From Selaginella moellendorffii (Eukaryota; Plantae; Lycopodiophyta), in NCBI RefSeq assembly GCF_000143415.4, contig NW_003314265.1:386405-450404 (forward strand): a stretch of DNA of 64,000 nucleotides, read 5' to 3'. Below are positions 38,355 to 52,416 of the stretch, piece by piece (position 1 is the first letter of the stretch; each line of letters opens with the position of its first letter). Position numbers and translations under genes: made by a program. The notes below the pieces were generated by a model. It was given only the letters and a program-made list of their open reading frames with translations, was not told the origin of the DNA and ran no database searches.

Positions 38355-39536
38355 TGTAAAAAACCAATTTGCCGAGGTGTCGTAGGCTAAAGGATCCCTG
38401 AAAGCATGACCAAAATGACAAAGAGTTCATCGGATGGGACCGAGTCGAAGATCGAATCCAAGACCAACTCTGAGACCAAGTTCGAGATAGAGTCCGGGAT
38501 TGAGTCTAAGGTCGAATCGGAGACCGAGTTCGAGACTGAGTTCGAGATCGAGTTCGAGACAGAGTCCGAGATCCAAATCGGGTCCGAGACCGAGTCCGAG
38601 GTCGAGTCCGAAGTCGAGTCCGAGATCGGGTCCGAGATCAAGTCCGAGACCGAGTCCGAAGTTAGGTCCGAGATCAAGTCCGAGACCAAGTCCAAGTACT
38701 AATACGGGTCAAGGGGTGAAAGCCCAAAGCGTGTGTCTCCCATGGGGGGGGGGCTGCAGGGGGTTCCAAAAATATAATAGGGATAGTGAGGTCCAGGAAC
38801 CAGTTTTGAAGGAACTCTCCAGTGGGGCTTCTAAACTGACTTGAGGTTGAAACTGGGACCGAGGGGCCTTGGGTGGGAGTGAGCAAGTACTTGATTGGTG
38901 CCTGAGGGGCCATCCAAGGAAGTGCTCAAGAGCAGCTCCCACTCTCGAAAGGGAAACCGACTGCGGTGTTCCCGGCTCATGTGGAGTGGCGCCCCACTTG
39001 AGTACCATGCGGCTCATTGGTCCTCACCCTTCCTAGGGGCTTGGGCCTTCCTTCGGGATGAAAGTGGGGGGGTAGAGGTACCCATACCAGGCCGTTAGGC
39101 CACGGTGTTTCGCCTTGGTGTCCTGAAGCAAATGTTGCACCCAAGACTTGGGATTTAGAGGGTCCCATGATCAAGTCTTGTGGTACCAAGGGGTGTTAAG
39201 AACCTGGAGGCTTGGTGTGCTTGGCTGCTTGTGCCTGCAGGGAGTGTAGCCGAACCTTAAATCTAGTTTAACCCAGGGAGGGGGATTGAAAGAGATTTGG
39301 GAATCCGTGGATGGATGGCTAACGCTCTGTTGTTCGTGCAGTGAGTAACTGAAACCAAGTAGGACCAAGTAGGAGCTGGTACCATAGGCGGGAACCTTGG
39401 CAAGGGAACTTAGCAAAAGCCAAAGTGAATAGACGAGGTAAGCTGGCAAATTGGAAAGGAAAAATTTGTGGCTTACAATTTGGTATCGGAGCCTTTTCCT
39501 CAGTTCTAGCAAAGGATAGAGGCAGATTGCTGAGAG

Positions 39537-41435
39537 ATGGCAAAAGCAGGGCGGAAACGAACCAAGGCGGAGATGGAACCTCCTCCAGAGCTAGAGCCTC
39601 CGGTCGAACAAGAGGCTATGGATGAGGAATCCTTGCATGAGGAGGACTCCAGTGAGGAAACTTCCAAACAGGAGTCCGATGGTGAGGTGCGGTCGTCCAA
39701 GGCTCGATTGGACGTTCTAGAAGGACAATTGGCACAGACCAATGCCCTGCTGGAGACTCTCGTATGCAAGCTAAAGCATGACGAGAAGTGGAAGAAAAAG
39801 CGAAAGACTGCGGATGCTGGCAACGCAAAAGGTGTGGACCCTTCGGTAGAGATTGAGGTAGAACCAAACAAGGTCGAACAAACCAAAGTGGAATTAGTCC
39901 TTTAGGCAGTTCCCAAGTACAAACCAAAGCCCCCACCGGTCTTCAAGGGAGTGAACGACTATAAGGTGGTGGAGGATTGGTTTTATGATATGGAGGATTA
40001 CTTCTGAGCATTGCGATTACCGAGCTCAGAGAAGGTCCCATGTGCAAAACCATACTTGGCAGATAATGCCAAGTCTTGGTGGAGAACGACGGAGGCCAAC
40101 GAAGGACCGGTGGCCACTTGGGACATGATGAAGGTGAGGATCCGCGTGACTTACGTTCCTCCAAATGCTACTCTGCATCTAAGAGACGAGCTGAGTAGGC
40201 TGAAGTAGACTGGAATCATTCAAGAGTATGTGAATGGGTTTATGGCAAAGAGGATACTTGTCACAGACATGGGGGATATGGATGCGTTCCATGCCTTCAT
40301 ATCAGGCTTGCAAACTTGGGCTCACGGCGAGGTGATGTGTTGAAACTCGACCAATTACAAGGAAGCGTTGGATGCGGCTATCAAGGTGCATTTCAACAAT
40401 AACCAACAAAAGGGGAACACGACGGGGTCGGGGTCCATGTTTAGCAAAGGGGCCAAACCAAGGGGAACATTTAGCAAAGGGAAATTCAAGAAGAGTTTCT
40501 CTAAAAATGAGTCATCGGGGTTCCGGAAAGGCAAATCCGGTGGCCAGCGAGCAAGTACGTGGTGGAGTCAAGCAAAAAAAGACAAACCCACGGATAATAA
40601 GGTCAAGTCGTTTAGCAGCATGGGAAACAACGTATGCTACAACTGCGGTGAAGCGGAACACTTTTCGAGGGAATGTCCCTACCCGAAGAAGGCCAGAGCC
40701 AATATGGCCATTAAGTCGGGTGAAGTCCAAACTGAGGTATGTGATCTAGTCCCTAGCTCAAAGTTACTCATTACACGAGCAACTTTGGTAGAGAGTCGTT
40801 CGCGACATCTACTAGCCCTCCGAGGGAAGCTCGGAGGTAGCTTTGTTAAGATCCTTATTGACACGGGTGCTTCAGATAATTTTGTGGCTGCAAACATAGT
40901 CCGGCAAACCAGACTAACAGTGCAGCGGCTGGGTGAACCAAGGACTATAGAGTTTGTTCAAGGTAGCCAAAGCACCGATGAGGTATTTTGACAAGCGAGA
41001 GTCGAAGTAGGGACTTGGAAAGTAGACATGGATTTCACCGTGTTGGACATAGTGGGATTTGACGTGATCTTCGGGATGGATTGGTTCAATCGGTTCGTGG
41101 TAGCCCTACATGGACAAGGTAGGAACCTTGTGGTACTAGCGAATGCCCAAGGAAGAAGATCTAGGGTGGAGGCTCAAGATCTAAAGGTAGGGCAATGCAA
41201 GGCCAAAGATTTGTGCCTAAACTTGGTGTCCACGAGAGGACAACTCACTAAAAGGACCAAGGCTGCATTTTTGTGCTTATTCTCGGTGAAGAGCGACAAA
41301 AAGACGGGAATAGAAGAAGTACCTTTAGTGATCCAATGGGTGTTGGACCAATTCCAGGATACCATGCCAGAGGAGCTACCGGCGGGGTTGCCCCCCGCAC
41401 GACCGATAAAACATAAGATTGAGCTGGTCGAGGAT
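39537..41435 (+). pseudogene. gag-protease of element B with premature stops; RT/RH/INT deleted
   Basis: AKSWW..TW gag motif, zinc knuckle CYNCGEAEHFSREC, protease LIDTGASDNF, FDVIFGMDW; ends at LPPARPIKHKIEL. Confidence 0.9.
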
Positions 41436-41495
41436 GGAAGTGGGGGGGTAGAGGTACCCATACCGGGTCGTTAGGCCACGGTGTTTCACTCCGGC

Positions 41496-43123
41496 TGTAA
41501 GCGATTAATTTTTCCATTCTACTTTAGTCACTTAACCACACCTCCGACCACTTGAAGGAGTCTCATTCACAACCTCCATAAGTCCGATTCAGGACTTGGG
41601 GCCTACTAGCCCCAAGAGTGGCATCCATGCCACTCAACCTTAGCACTTGGTCCAAGTGCTCCACGTGTCCGATCCCATGATCGACACCCCAAGGTACCAC
41701 CAACATATCAGCCCGTTACACTAGGCCCTGCCCATTCACCTTGGTCACATCGGTGGTTCAACACCACCTACATTGCAATCCTGTCTCTCCAAGACTGGGT
41801 CATCCGTCCATGAGTGGTCATCCTAGATCCACTCCTTAGCATCCTTATGATGACCACAGACATAGGGAACCGCCTTCCCCAATATCTCCTTTCCAGTCCC
41901 CACCAAGTCCCTTCCTGTCCATGGCCGTGTTCACCAACACTGCCATTGGGTCAAGGCCCACAGGCCTGACCACTAAGTCCACTATCCTCTGGGACTTCCT
42001 CACTGTGTGACTGTGTCCTTTGTCACCACACCAGAGGGCTACTCCTCTTCCTTTTCACAGTCTGGGGCATTGGGGCAACATTTCGGAACACCGTGGCCCT
42101 ACACGGGCCTTGTGGGTACTCTCCTCACCTTCTGCTTTTGGGTGCTCTAGCCATGGGCTTAGAGCGAGGTTTCGTTGAACCACACCAGGTATCCAAGTAG
42201 GTAGTGCCACCCACATTTGGACTGGGAGCATCGGCCAGTCGATGTCCCCGGGGAACTAGAGCCGACTCTTGAACACTTCACCAAGCTACCCCGCTTGTCG
42301 GTCCGTATTCACTCTAGTCTTGGACTTCCCAGTGGTCAGCTTATCACCCAACACTGGGTATGGCCTTCCTGGGCCAAATTGGCCTCTCCTGGGCCAAATT
42401 GGCCTTTCCTGGCCAAACTGGCTCCACTGGGCTCCAACCCCCACACTCTCCCTACTATACTTTTGGAACCCCCTGCAGCCCCCCCCCCCCCCCCCTGGGG
42501 GACGATCGCTTTGGGCTTTCACCCAACTGCCTATATTAGTATTTGGACTTGGACTTGGACTCGAACTCGGCCTCGGTTCCGGTTTCGGACTCGGACTCGG
42601 TCTCGGTCTCGGTCTCGGTCCCGGTTCCATCTCGGATCCATCTCGGGTCCATCTCAGACTCCATCTCGGGTCCATCTCAGACTCCATCTCAGACTCCATC
42701 TCGGGTCCATCTCAAACTCCATCTCGGTTCCATCTCGGGTCCATCTCGAACTCCATCTCGAACTCCATCTCGGGTCCATCTCGGACTCCATCTCGGACTC
42801 CATCTCAGGTCCATCTCAGGTCCTTCTCAAGTCCATCTCAGACTCCATCTCGGACTCCACTTCAGACCCCAACTTGGGTCCATCTCAAACACTTCCACAT
42901 GTCATGTGTTGGTCCTTTTTGGGTCCCTCTTTGGAGCCTTGCTTATTGCTCGCTTCATGCTCGTTCCTCGAGCACTTTGTTGGGAGTTCCACTCCCACTC
43001 TTCACCTTTTCAAGTCGGAGCTTTTAGTCCAAACGTGTTACGCTCGTTTGGCTTTCGCTTCAGCCACTACCACATGGCGCCCTTTCGGCTCCACTTTGGG
43101 GCCTAGGGATTTTGTGTCTCACA
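41496..43123 (-). mobile_element. Solo LTR of family A inserted in the 3' LTR of element B
   Basis: Diverged copy of the 9511 LTR, TGTAAGCG..TCTCACA; imperfect TSD CCGGC / CTGGC. Confidence 0.9.
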
Positions 43124-43496
43124 CTGGCATCCTGAAGCAAGTGTTGCACCCAAGACTTGGGATTTAGAGGGTCCCATGATCAAGTCTTGTGGTACCAAGG
43201 GGTGTTAGAAACCTAAAGGCTTGGTGTGCTTGGTTGCTTGTGCCTACGGGGAGTGTAGCCGAACCTTAAGTCCAGTCTAACCCGGGGAGGGGGATTGGGA
43301 GAGATTTGGGAATCTGTGGATGAATGGCTAACGCTCCGTTGCTCGTGCAGTGAGTAGCTGAAACCAAGTAGAACCAAGTAGGAGCTGGTACCATAGGCGG
43401 GAACCTTGGCGAGGGAACTTAGCAAAAGCCAAGGTAAGGTAGGACGAATAAACAAGGTAAGCTGGTAAATTGGAAAGGAAAAATTTGTGGCTTACA

Positions 43497-43950
43497 ATAT
43501 CCCAAGATCTTTAACCGATTGAAAAAGGGGGTGCACTCTTGTTCATAGGCCCTTTCCCTCTATATTTAAACCCTTATGGATCATCTCTCAAGTTATTCCA
43601 TTTGGTTGCTTACAGTAGAGTGTCAAGAGAGTAAAGCTTTTATGAGAGCTGTAGCTTTTAACTTCCGTTTATGAGGATGTGAATTTACAAGGAAGTGTAC
43701 AACTCTTAGCTTCTGTTCATGAAGGCATGAACTTGCAAAAAAGCGTTGTAAATTGTAAACACAAGGAAACATCATAGATTGTAAATAACTAAAGAGAATA
43801 ATTCGAAAGATAATCTATAATGGTTCAAATATAGAGGGAAAAGACTCATAAATAAGAGTGCACCCTCGTTTTCAATCAATTAAGGGTCCTTAGGATATAA
43901 TAATACTAGCCTATGTGACCTTCTAGGAAGTCTAAATCCAAGAGCTTACA
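43497..43950. repeat. Remainder of the interrupted family-C LTR plus an inverted second copy
   Basis: 43502-43613 continues 38273-38354; 43780-43950 is its reverse complement. Confidence 0.7.
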
Positions 43951-44961
43951 ATTTAAACTCTATTAATCATTTCTCAAATTATTTCTTTTGGTTGCTTACA
44001 CTAATGATAAATTATAATTAGGCAAAGTTAGATGGATAATGTTTCTATGTTGCAAGCCACAAAATACTCACATATCACACAAAGAAAAAGAAATGAATAA
44101 AGCTTGTCATACACATGTCAAATGATTTTGTTAAAGCAATGCTTCATCATAAAAAGAAATGAACAAAGTTTGTTATACATATACACAATGATTTTGTTAA
44201 AGCAATGCTTCATCATAGTAATTCTTAAACAGCTTAGAAGTGTTATTCTCTTCTAGAGTTTCAAAATCTACTAGAGTGATAAAGGAAGTTTGAATACTTC
44301 TATGAAATATCTCCAAACTTAGATATCAAAAACCAAAAAAGAGCACCACCACAATGTGATGTGCTCTACCATCAAAGTCATAATCATGGCTATGCAATCT
44401 GGTTATTTCAGCTTTCAATCCTCCAAGTTGAAGTAACATAACTATGCTAGTTGATATAGTGTTGTTATTCTTGTTAACCCTCTTGACTAAATAAGATAAC
44501 TGTGTGTTGCATTTCAGCAATGGTTAATTTGCTTCATTGGGAGCTTTTATCATGCCTCAAAGATGATGGAATAAAGTAATATATAGATAAATTAGTTTTT
44601 CAAAATTTCACAAGATTTATGAATATAAAGATTTTTGCACTAATGAATTCCTTATAATCTTATTCTATTCCAAATGAATTCCAATAGTGCCCTAACATCT
44701 GCGGCTGGGATTGCTCGGACATGTACATCGGTACCTCAGCTAATATGAAGAATATTCTAACTGTAATAACATTTAAATAAAGCTTTTAATTAGAAACTTT
44801 AAACCTAACCTAATTCTTTAGCCAGTTAGGGTGTATTCTGTAAAAGAGTGTCCAAGAACGGTGCCGCTGAAGGCTATTCGGCTCGCTGCTCCTCGCTTCC
44901 CTGTAGGATTCTCACGCGCCCTAGTTTCTTGCCCGATTCTTGGGCCTGGTCGAGCGCCGCG

Positions 44962-46364
44962 ATGCCAGATAACCGGGAGCTGTACAAGACGAAGCTGTGC
45001 AATCTCTTCCAGAGAGGGAATTGCCATCGGCAGACATGCTCCTTCGCCCACGGGGAGGAAGAGCTCCGCCGGGTGCCTGGTACTGTAGCTATTCCTTTTC
45101 CCTCTGGAAATTTTGGAGGAGATTTGACTCTCATCCCCGTGCATTGTGGCCTCCAGGTCGATCGGGATATTACAGCCGCAGAAGCGAGGACCGCTTCTAC
45201 AACAGGCGCACCTACGACAGGAGGGGCTCTTACGATCGAGGTGAAAAAATCTCGAGAGATCTTTTGTTTGATTTTGTTGGCTTTTTTGTGTTCTTGGCAG
45301 GAGGTAGCCGCTCGAGGTCGCCGACTAGGCAGCGAACCAGTCGGTCCTTATCGTCTCCAAGATCTACGGGACAAAAGAGATCGGGCTCGAACCTGTAAGA
45401 CGAGCTTTTTCCTTCTTTTCCTTCTTTCGTGGCTGGATTTTGCTAAATCTAGTTTCCGTGATAGAGATAGAGATGGCGATGGAAAGAGGATCAAGGGCGA
45501 TCGTGTGAGCGAGCTGTCGGAGGTGAGGGCGCTCGGGGACGGTCAGTCCGATGGAAAAGAGGTGCAATCCAGCTCTCTAAACGAGCAGGTTGGTCCACCT
45601 TCTCGTTTTCTCCGACCACTTCGTTGTCGATAGTTTGCTTCGTTTGTTTTACGATATCTACGCTGTTCTCTCTTTTTGTTTTTTAAGCTCAGGAATTGAG
45701 ATAGTGTGAACTGTTGCAGCTGCATGAGGTCGGGACTGACTTGGACGCCCTCGACAAGCAGAAGTCGCAGCTCGAGGTGAGGATTTCATTTTTTCCTTTG
45801 GTTTCTTAAGCTTTGACTCTCGTTTCGTGATTGTCGTTAAGTCTTCTTTGCAGAACGCTTTGCTAGAGAACTCGCGGATGGCATCCAGGAATTCGGAAGC
45901 CGAGTCAAAGATCGGTAACCTGACCTTCCAAGTGAAGAGGTACTGCTTCGTCTTCCACTTTTATGAAACTGACAGTTGTAATTAATTGTCACAGCTTTGA
46001 AAGGCTCCGAAAGTCAATTGTACGTGTCTTCCGTCTTCGCGAGGAGCTCAAAATGTGGGTACTGGGATCAGATATGTTCGAATCTTTCACTTACATCAAT
46101 GCAGGGCGGAATCGAGGCTGGACAAAGAAGCTTCGGAGCTGGCTAGAAGTGAAGACATCAGGATGTTTGATCCGCCGTATGATGGAGACTATTCCAACCA
46201 TAGCAGATGGAATCGCTCGAACGGAGATATACCACCACCACCTCCTCCACCGGACAAATACAGGATGAGTACGTGTTTTTCTTGAAGTTTATTTTCAACG
46301 ATCGTCACACTTTGTGTGTGCAGATGATATTGCTCCCGAACCTCCCCATTATGATAACCATTGA
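44962..46364 (+). CDS. CCCH zinc finger protein with RS-rich and coiled-coil regions, multi-exon
   Basis: LYKTKLCNLFQRGNCHRQTCSFAHGEEELRR; RSRSP tract; last exon inferred as ..DIAPEPPHYDNH*. Confidence 0.82.
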
Positions 46365-46602
46365 CTCTGTGACTGCACTGAAGGTATGCCTTTTAAGGAA
46401 GTGGTGCTTGGTTTTTCCATTTCGCGTTTACTACTGTATTCTCTTCCAGATTTCTTTTATTTTATACTGATTATCACACTTTGCTTTGGCGAAAATTTTC
46501 CCTTTATCGATGCTGTTTTGCAGCTTCTCTTGAAATTTGTATAAAAATATGGAGCTGCGTTTATTTCCGCAAAGTTGTAAATACAGTCAGTCGGCTGTCT
46601 AT

Positions 46603-47533
46603 CTATATGATAGCACGACGAATGGTGCGGCGAGCAGAGGGAACAGGAACTGTGTCCTCTGGACAAAATGTAACGACGTAAGTGGCAGCCATGGCGCAAA
46701 CTTGAACACTATCTCGATCAGCCGGATAAGTTGTGGCGTCCTTGCACGACTGTTTGAAGTATCTCGAGTACTCGGTGGCCTGGCAAGCCGAGCCTGTGAA
46801 GTTCCCTCGGCAGCAGTGCCTTTCATCTCCAAACTTCTCACAGGGACTTTGGCAGCCGACCTTCTTATCACCCGACATGACAACCAGTTCGCTCGGGCAC
46901 GACTCCATGGTCTCGAAACAGGGGCAGCTCAAGTGAGTGCAGTTGTAGCCGTGGTGCTCGGAGATTTCTATCGGGACGTTGAAGCCGTGGAGGAACGAGA
47001 TATGGTACTTCATGGTGCCGTTGTTGCGGTTTGGCAAGAACTCGGCGGTGGTGAAGGGTGACTTTCCGGGAGCTTTGCACCCCAGGCTCTCGTTGCAGCC
47101 GCCGGTGTCGCAGGGTCCGTGCCCTGTGGTTTTGTTGAAGGAGCAGCCAGTTCGGGCCCAGAAGTAGCCGGACCAGAGAGCCGACGGGAAGAAGCTATAC
47201 TCCTGCGTTGGCTCGAGCAAAGTGCCTCCGGGACATATCTGGCTTTGGTTCCCCGAGTGGAACCACGCAGGCCAGACCGAAAAGCCACAGTTGTTGACGA
47301 GACGTATGTGGTACCGCCCGGCTGCATCAGTTCCTGCAAAGTTATCACGAGTTAGTCTCGGAGAGACAACGCTGCGAGTTATGACAGGGGAAGCCAAGGG
47401 AAGCGAAAAGAGAAAATGGAGAGAACTTGTTCTCCGGGTATATCATACTCTGCTGCAATCCTATACCAGAGATTGTGAGCACGACGAGGACGAGTGCCGG
47501 GAGTATTACGTTGCGATTGGCCAGCGGTGACAT
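46603..47533 (-). CDS. Thaumatin-like protein (PR-5), 2 exons
   Basis: Signal-peptide exon; NNCGFSVWPA, WSGYFWARTGC, CDTGGC, CQSPC, YSRYFKQSCKDA, YVVTFCP. Confidence 0.92.
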
Positions 47534-47835
47534 TGTTGTGTTCAGTGAGGGAACACAGTGGCTGCTGCCTTCGTTTATAAACGCGTGCTGCTCTCCCGGG
47601 TAAAACTCTTGTGCTTTAACGATTTTACCCGTTTCAGGTTCATGTGAAAACGCGAGCTTTGCGTAGAGAGCACTCGGGAGCATGTGAAAAACGAAGCGAA
47701 TTTTCGCTTTTGCAGTGTAAGGAGCATCGTTTCTTTGCTGCTGTCTCAAGCTACGATCATGCAAGCGGTACTGCCTGGCTTGCTTCTCAAGATCCGGACG
47801 GTGGTTTCCCTCTTGGGCTCGGTTCTACGCAAGGC

Positions 47836-48648
47836 ATGATCATGGAAGTTCTCGGTGGATTCTATCTGCTGCTACTGCTATCGAGCTCGTCCTGGATGAA
47901 CGGTAGCTTGTTCTTCTACCATTTCTAGATCGATCTAACTCTTAAGTTTCCAGGTGCTCAAGCCACCAAGATCCGACTCTACAACACTTGCCCGTTTACG
48001 ATCTGGCCGGCGTGGCTGCCGAGCGACGGGCATCCGCAGCTGGGAGTTGGAGGCTGCCGACTCGACTCCTGGCAAGTCATGGACGTGCACGCCTCGACTC
48101 GGTGGTCTGGCAAGTTCTGGGGCCGAACAAACTGCCAGTTTGACACCGTCCTCGGCACCGGGTGCTGCGAGACGGGCGACTGCTCGGGCAACCTCGGCTG
48201 CAACTCAACTTTCTCGCCGCCAGCGACCATCGTCGAGTTTGATCTCCACCACAACAACGTCCTCGACCACTACCGCGTCTCGCTGCTGGCCGGCTACAAC
48301 CTCGAGGTCCGGGTGACGAGCAGCAACCTCGGCTGCGGCGTGGCGGGGTGCTCCGCGGATCTAAACTCCAAGTGCCCGCCGGAGCTGATTGCGTGGAACC
48401 CGAGAGGCATGGCGGTGGGATGCAGCAGCCCGTGCGTGGCTTTCGGCGCGGACGAGTTTTGCTGCGAGAAGGAGCACTTTGGAGCGGACAAGTGCCACCC
48501 GAATGTCTTCTCGGTGCTGTTTAAGTCGTGCTGCCCGGCCGCCGCCACCTATCCTTTTGATTCGTGGAAGTCGGCGTGGAATTGTAGCGCGGGGTCGGAC
48601 TATACTATTACCTTTTGTCCATCGTCGTCTTCGTCTTCTAGCCTTTAA
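47836..48648 (+). CDS. Thaumatin-like protein (PR-5), 2 exons
   Basis: Signal-peptide exon; NTCPFTIWPA, WSGKFWGRTNC, CETGDC, DLNSKCPPEL, YTITFCP. Confidence 0.92.
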
Positions 48649-48738
48649 TAAAAAGGAGGATCGTTTTGTGGGCATTGTGCCCAAGAACCCTAAATTCCCG
48701 ATTTAGGGTTTTCTGGTTTGTGGGCAGCGCCTTCCTTG

Positions 48739-50913
48739 ATGGCGAGGCAGGCGGCCGCGGATCAGCTCAATCTCTGCGAGTCGCCGTCGTGGGGTTCGCG
48801 CAGCGTCGAGTGCTTTGAGAAGCTGGAGCAGATTGGCGAGGGGACTTATGGGTAAGACTTTCCTTTCGCAGCCTGGGGATTGCGATTGATTGCGGTGTTC
48901 TTCGTTTTTGGGGCGCCTTGCCAGGCAAGTTTATATGGCTAGGGAGAAGGATACGAATGAGATAGTTGCGCTTAAGAAAGTTAGGATGGACAATGAAAAG
49001 GAAGGGGTAAAATGTTTGCTCTCGTCTTGCCCCGCTCGCTCTTCTGACTCTAGGCTGTTGCTAGTTTCCTATAACTGCTATCAGGGAGATTAAGATCTTG
49101 AAGAAGCTCCAGCACGAGAATGTGATCAAATTGAAAGAGATCGTCACTTCGACTGGTAAGTAAATTGCCCCTCTTTGGATTTTTTTTGCTCCTTGTTCAT
49201 GCTTGTTTGTTCTTTAGGACCTGAGCAAGATGACCCCAAGGAAACGCAGAAGGATGCGCCAAAAGGAGCCAAAGAAAAATCTCCTTCTCCTCCAGACGGG
49301 AATATATACAAGGGAAGTATTTATATGGTGTTTGAGTACATGGACCACGACCTTACAGGCTTGTCTGATCGGCCTGGCATGCGTTTTACTGTCCCACAAA
49401 TCAAGGTAGAGTTTCACAGCTGCGGTGCTCCCGGGTTCTCAACATAACACGGTGCTTTTGCAGTGTTATATGAAGCAGCTTCTCACCGGCCTTTACTACT
49501 GTCATATCAACCAAGTTCTTCATCGGGATATCAAAGGTTCTTGAGTTTATTCTTGTCAGTGCCTGGCTGAAGTTTTGTGGATTTGCGCAGGCTCGAATCT
49601 TTTGATTGACAACAAGGGGAATCTCAAGCTGGCTGATTTTGGCTTGGCTCGCTCGTTTTCTAATGATCAGAACGCGCAATTGACCAACCGAGTCATAACG
49701 CTTTGGTACAGGTACCTAGTCCGTGCTTTGCAGAATGTTTCTGGTTACGGCCGTTTGTTATAGACCTCCTGAGCTACTTCTTGGCTGTACAAAGTATGGG
49801 CCAGCAGTAGACATGTGGTCTGTGGGCTGCATCTTTGCAGAGCTTCTCTACGGAAAGCCAGTGTTAACGGGAAAAAATGAGGTGAGCGGCGAGTCTCTCG
49901 TATATGAGTTTTCTGACTCTTTTTTCTCTCGCTTCCAGCAAGATCAACTGGCTAAAATCTTTGAGTTTTGTGGAACCCCGGACGAGACAAACTGGCCGGG
50001 TGTGTCAAAGCTGCCGTGGTATAACATGCACAGACCAAGCATATATTACAAGAGGCGTGTGAAAGACGTCTTCAAACAGTAAGTGCCAGTGTTCTTTCTA
50101 GTAGACTCACAAAATTGTGTCTTTGTAGATTTGATCGGCATGCGTTGGATTTGGTTGAGCGTATGCTCACACTGGACCCTCTTCAGGCAAGTGTTCGTCA
50201 TAGGTGTAGCAGTTTTCACCAATGTTTGGTTGCAGAGGATAATTGCCAAGGACGCCTTGGACGCTGAATACTTCTGGACAGATCCTCTTCCTTGTGATCC
50301 CGCGAGGCAAGTATTTTCCATACACTTGTGCCTTTCATTTCCTCCAACTGAGATATGAACTTGTTCCAGCCTTCCGCGCTACGAGTCGTCTCACGAGTTC
50401 CAAACAAAGAGGAAGCGGCAGCAGCAGAAGGACGACATGGCCAAGCGGCAGAAGCCGAATCAACACTACCACCACAACAGTCGGCCACCGCCGCCGATCC
50501 AACAGCAGCCGCCCGTCCAAAACATGAGGCCGGTTCCGGGCCAAGCTGTCCATCCATCGGCACACACTGGAGGAGCTCACCAAGGACACTACGCAGGCGG
50601 CGGCGGCGGCGGCGGCGGTGGTCGCGGTCCTCCTGGAAACTCCAACCGGCATCCCCAAGCGGGGGGCCGGCCCGGTGGTAGCGGAGGTAGTGGTGGTAGT
50701 AGCGGCGGAGGCTACCAAAACAGGAACCAAGGTGGCTATGGTATCCAACCGCCGCCAGGAGCTTACGGTGGTCCTCCTCCCGCCGGTGGACGAGGAGGCT
50801 CGTATCCCATGCCTCCACCGGGAGGCTATCCACAGGGTCCTCCCTATGGCGGTGGAGGACGAGGACCGCCGCCTATGGGAGGAGGTGGCCGTGGTGGCCA
50901 GCAATACGGGTAA
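48739..50913 (+). CDS. CDKC: Cyclin-dependent kinase C (CDK9-like) with Gly/Pro-rich tail, multi-exon
   Basis: [28 protein letters not shown] cyclin-binding motif, [31 protein letters not shown]. Confidence 0.95.
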
Positions 50914-51440
50914 AAGCTTTTCTTGTGGCTCGCGGTGTTCTTCAAAGTGGTTTACAAACAGGCCTTCAAATTCTCTGCCTGGACAATATAGTGGCCAGCC
51001 TTATGGACAGCCAGTAAGTTTTCTCTCATAGCTTTTCTTGCTTGCTTTTAGAGTTCCAGATCTTCTCCCTTGCTTTGTAAATCTTGGAACGCTTGTTCAC
51101 TGACTGTGGGTTCTAGATTGGAGTTACTTGTTCTAGAGATTTTTTTCTTTCGCTTTGCGTTGCTAATCACTCCTTTTCTTGTTCCAGCCACAACAATACA
51201 TGGACATGGACGGGAACTACAGGAACTATTAAATCCTTTCACGAAACAAAGGGTAGTTGCTAAGCATGAGGAGTTTTGGATGTAAATAATGTTTTCTTGT
51301 ATCAAAGAAAATTTGTTGTAGATTAGCTAGGCTGATTTAATTCAAGCTAATAGCCTTTAATCCGTTATCGTAACCGTTGATCCTGACTTCGTAAGAGCCC
51401 TAGATCTGACGGCGTGGCATGAAACCCTAGCTCTCTGGCA

Positions 51441-52416
<976 letters not shown>

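Larger units (their letters stand above)
38355..43496 (+). mobile_element. Internally deleted Ty3/gypsy LTR retrotransposon (family B)
   Basis: 5' LTR 38355-39477; PBS TGGTATCGGAGC 39481-39492; partial 3' LTR ~41432-41495 + 43124-43496; TSD ATATC at 38350-38354 and 43497-43501. Confidence 0.9.
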
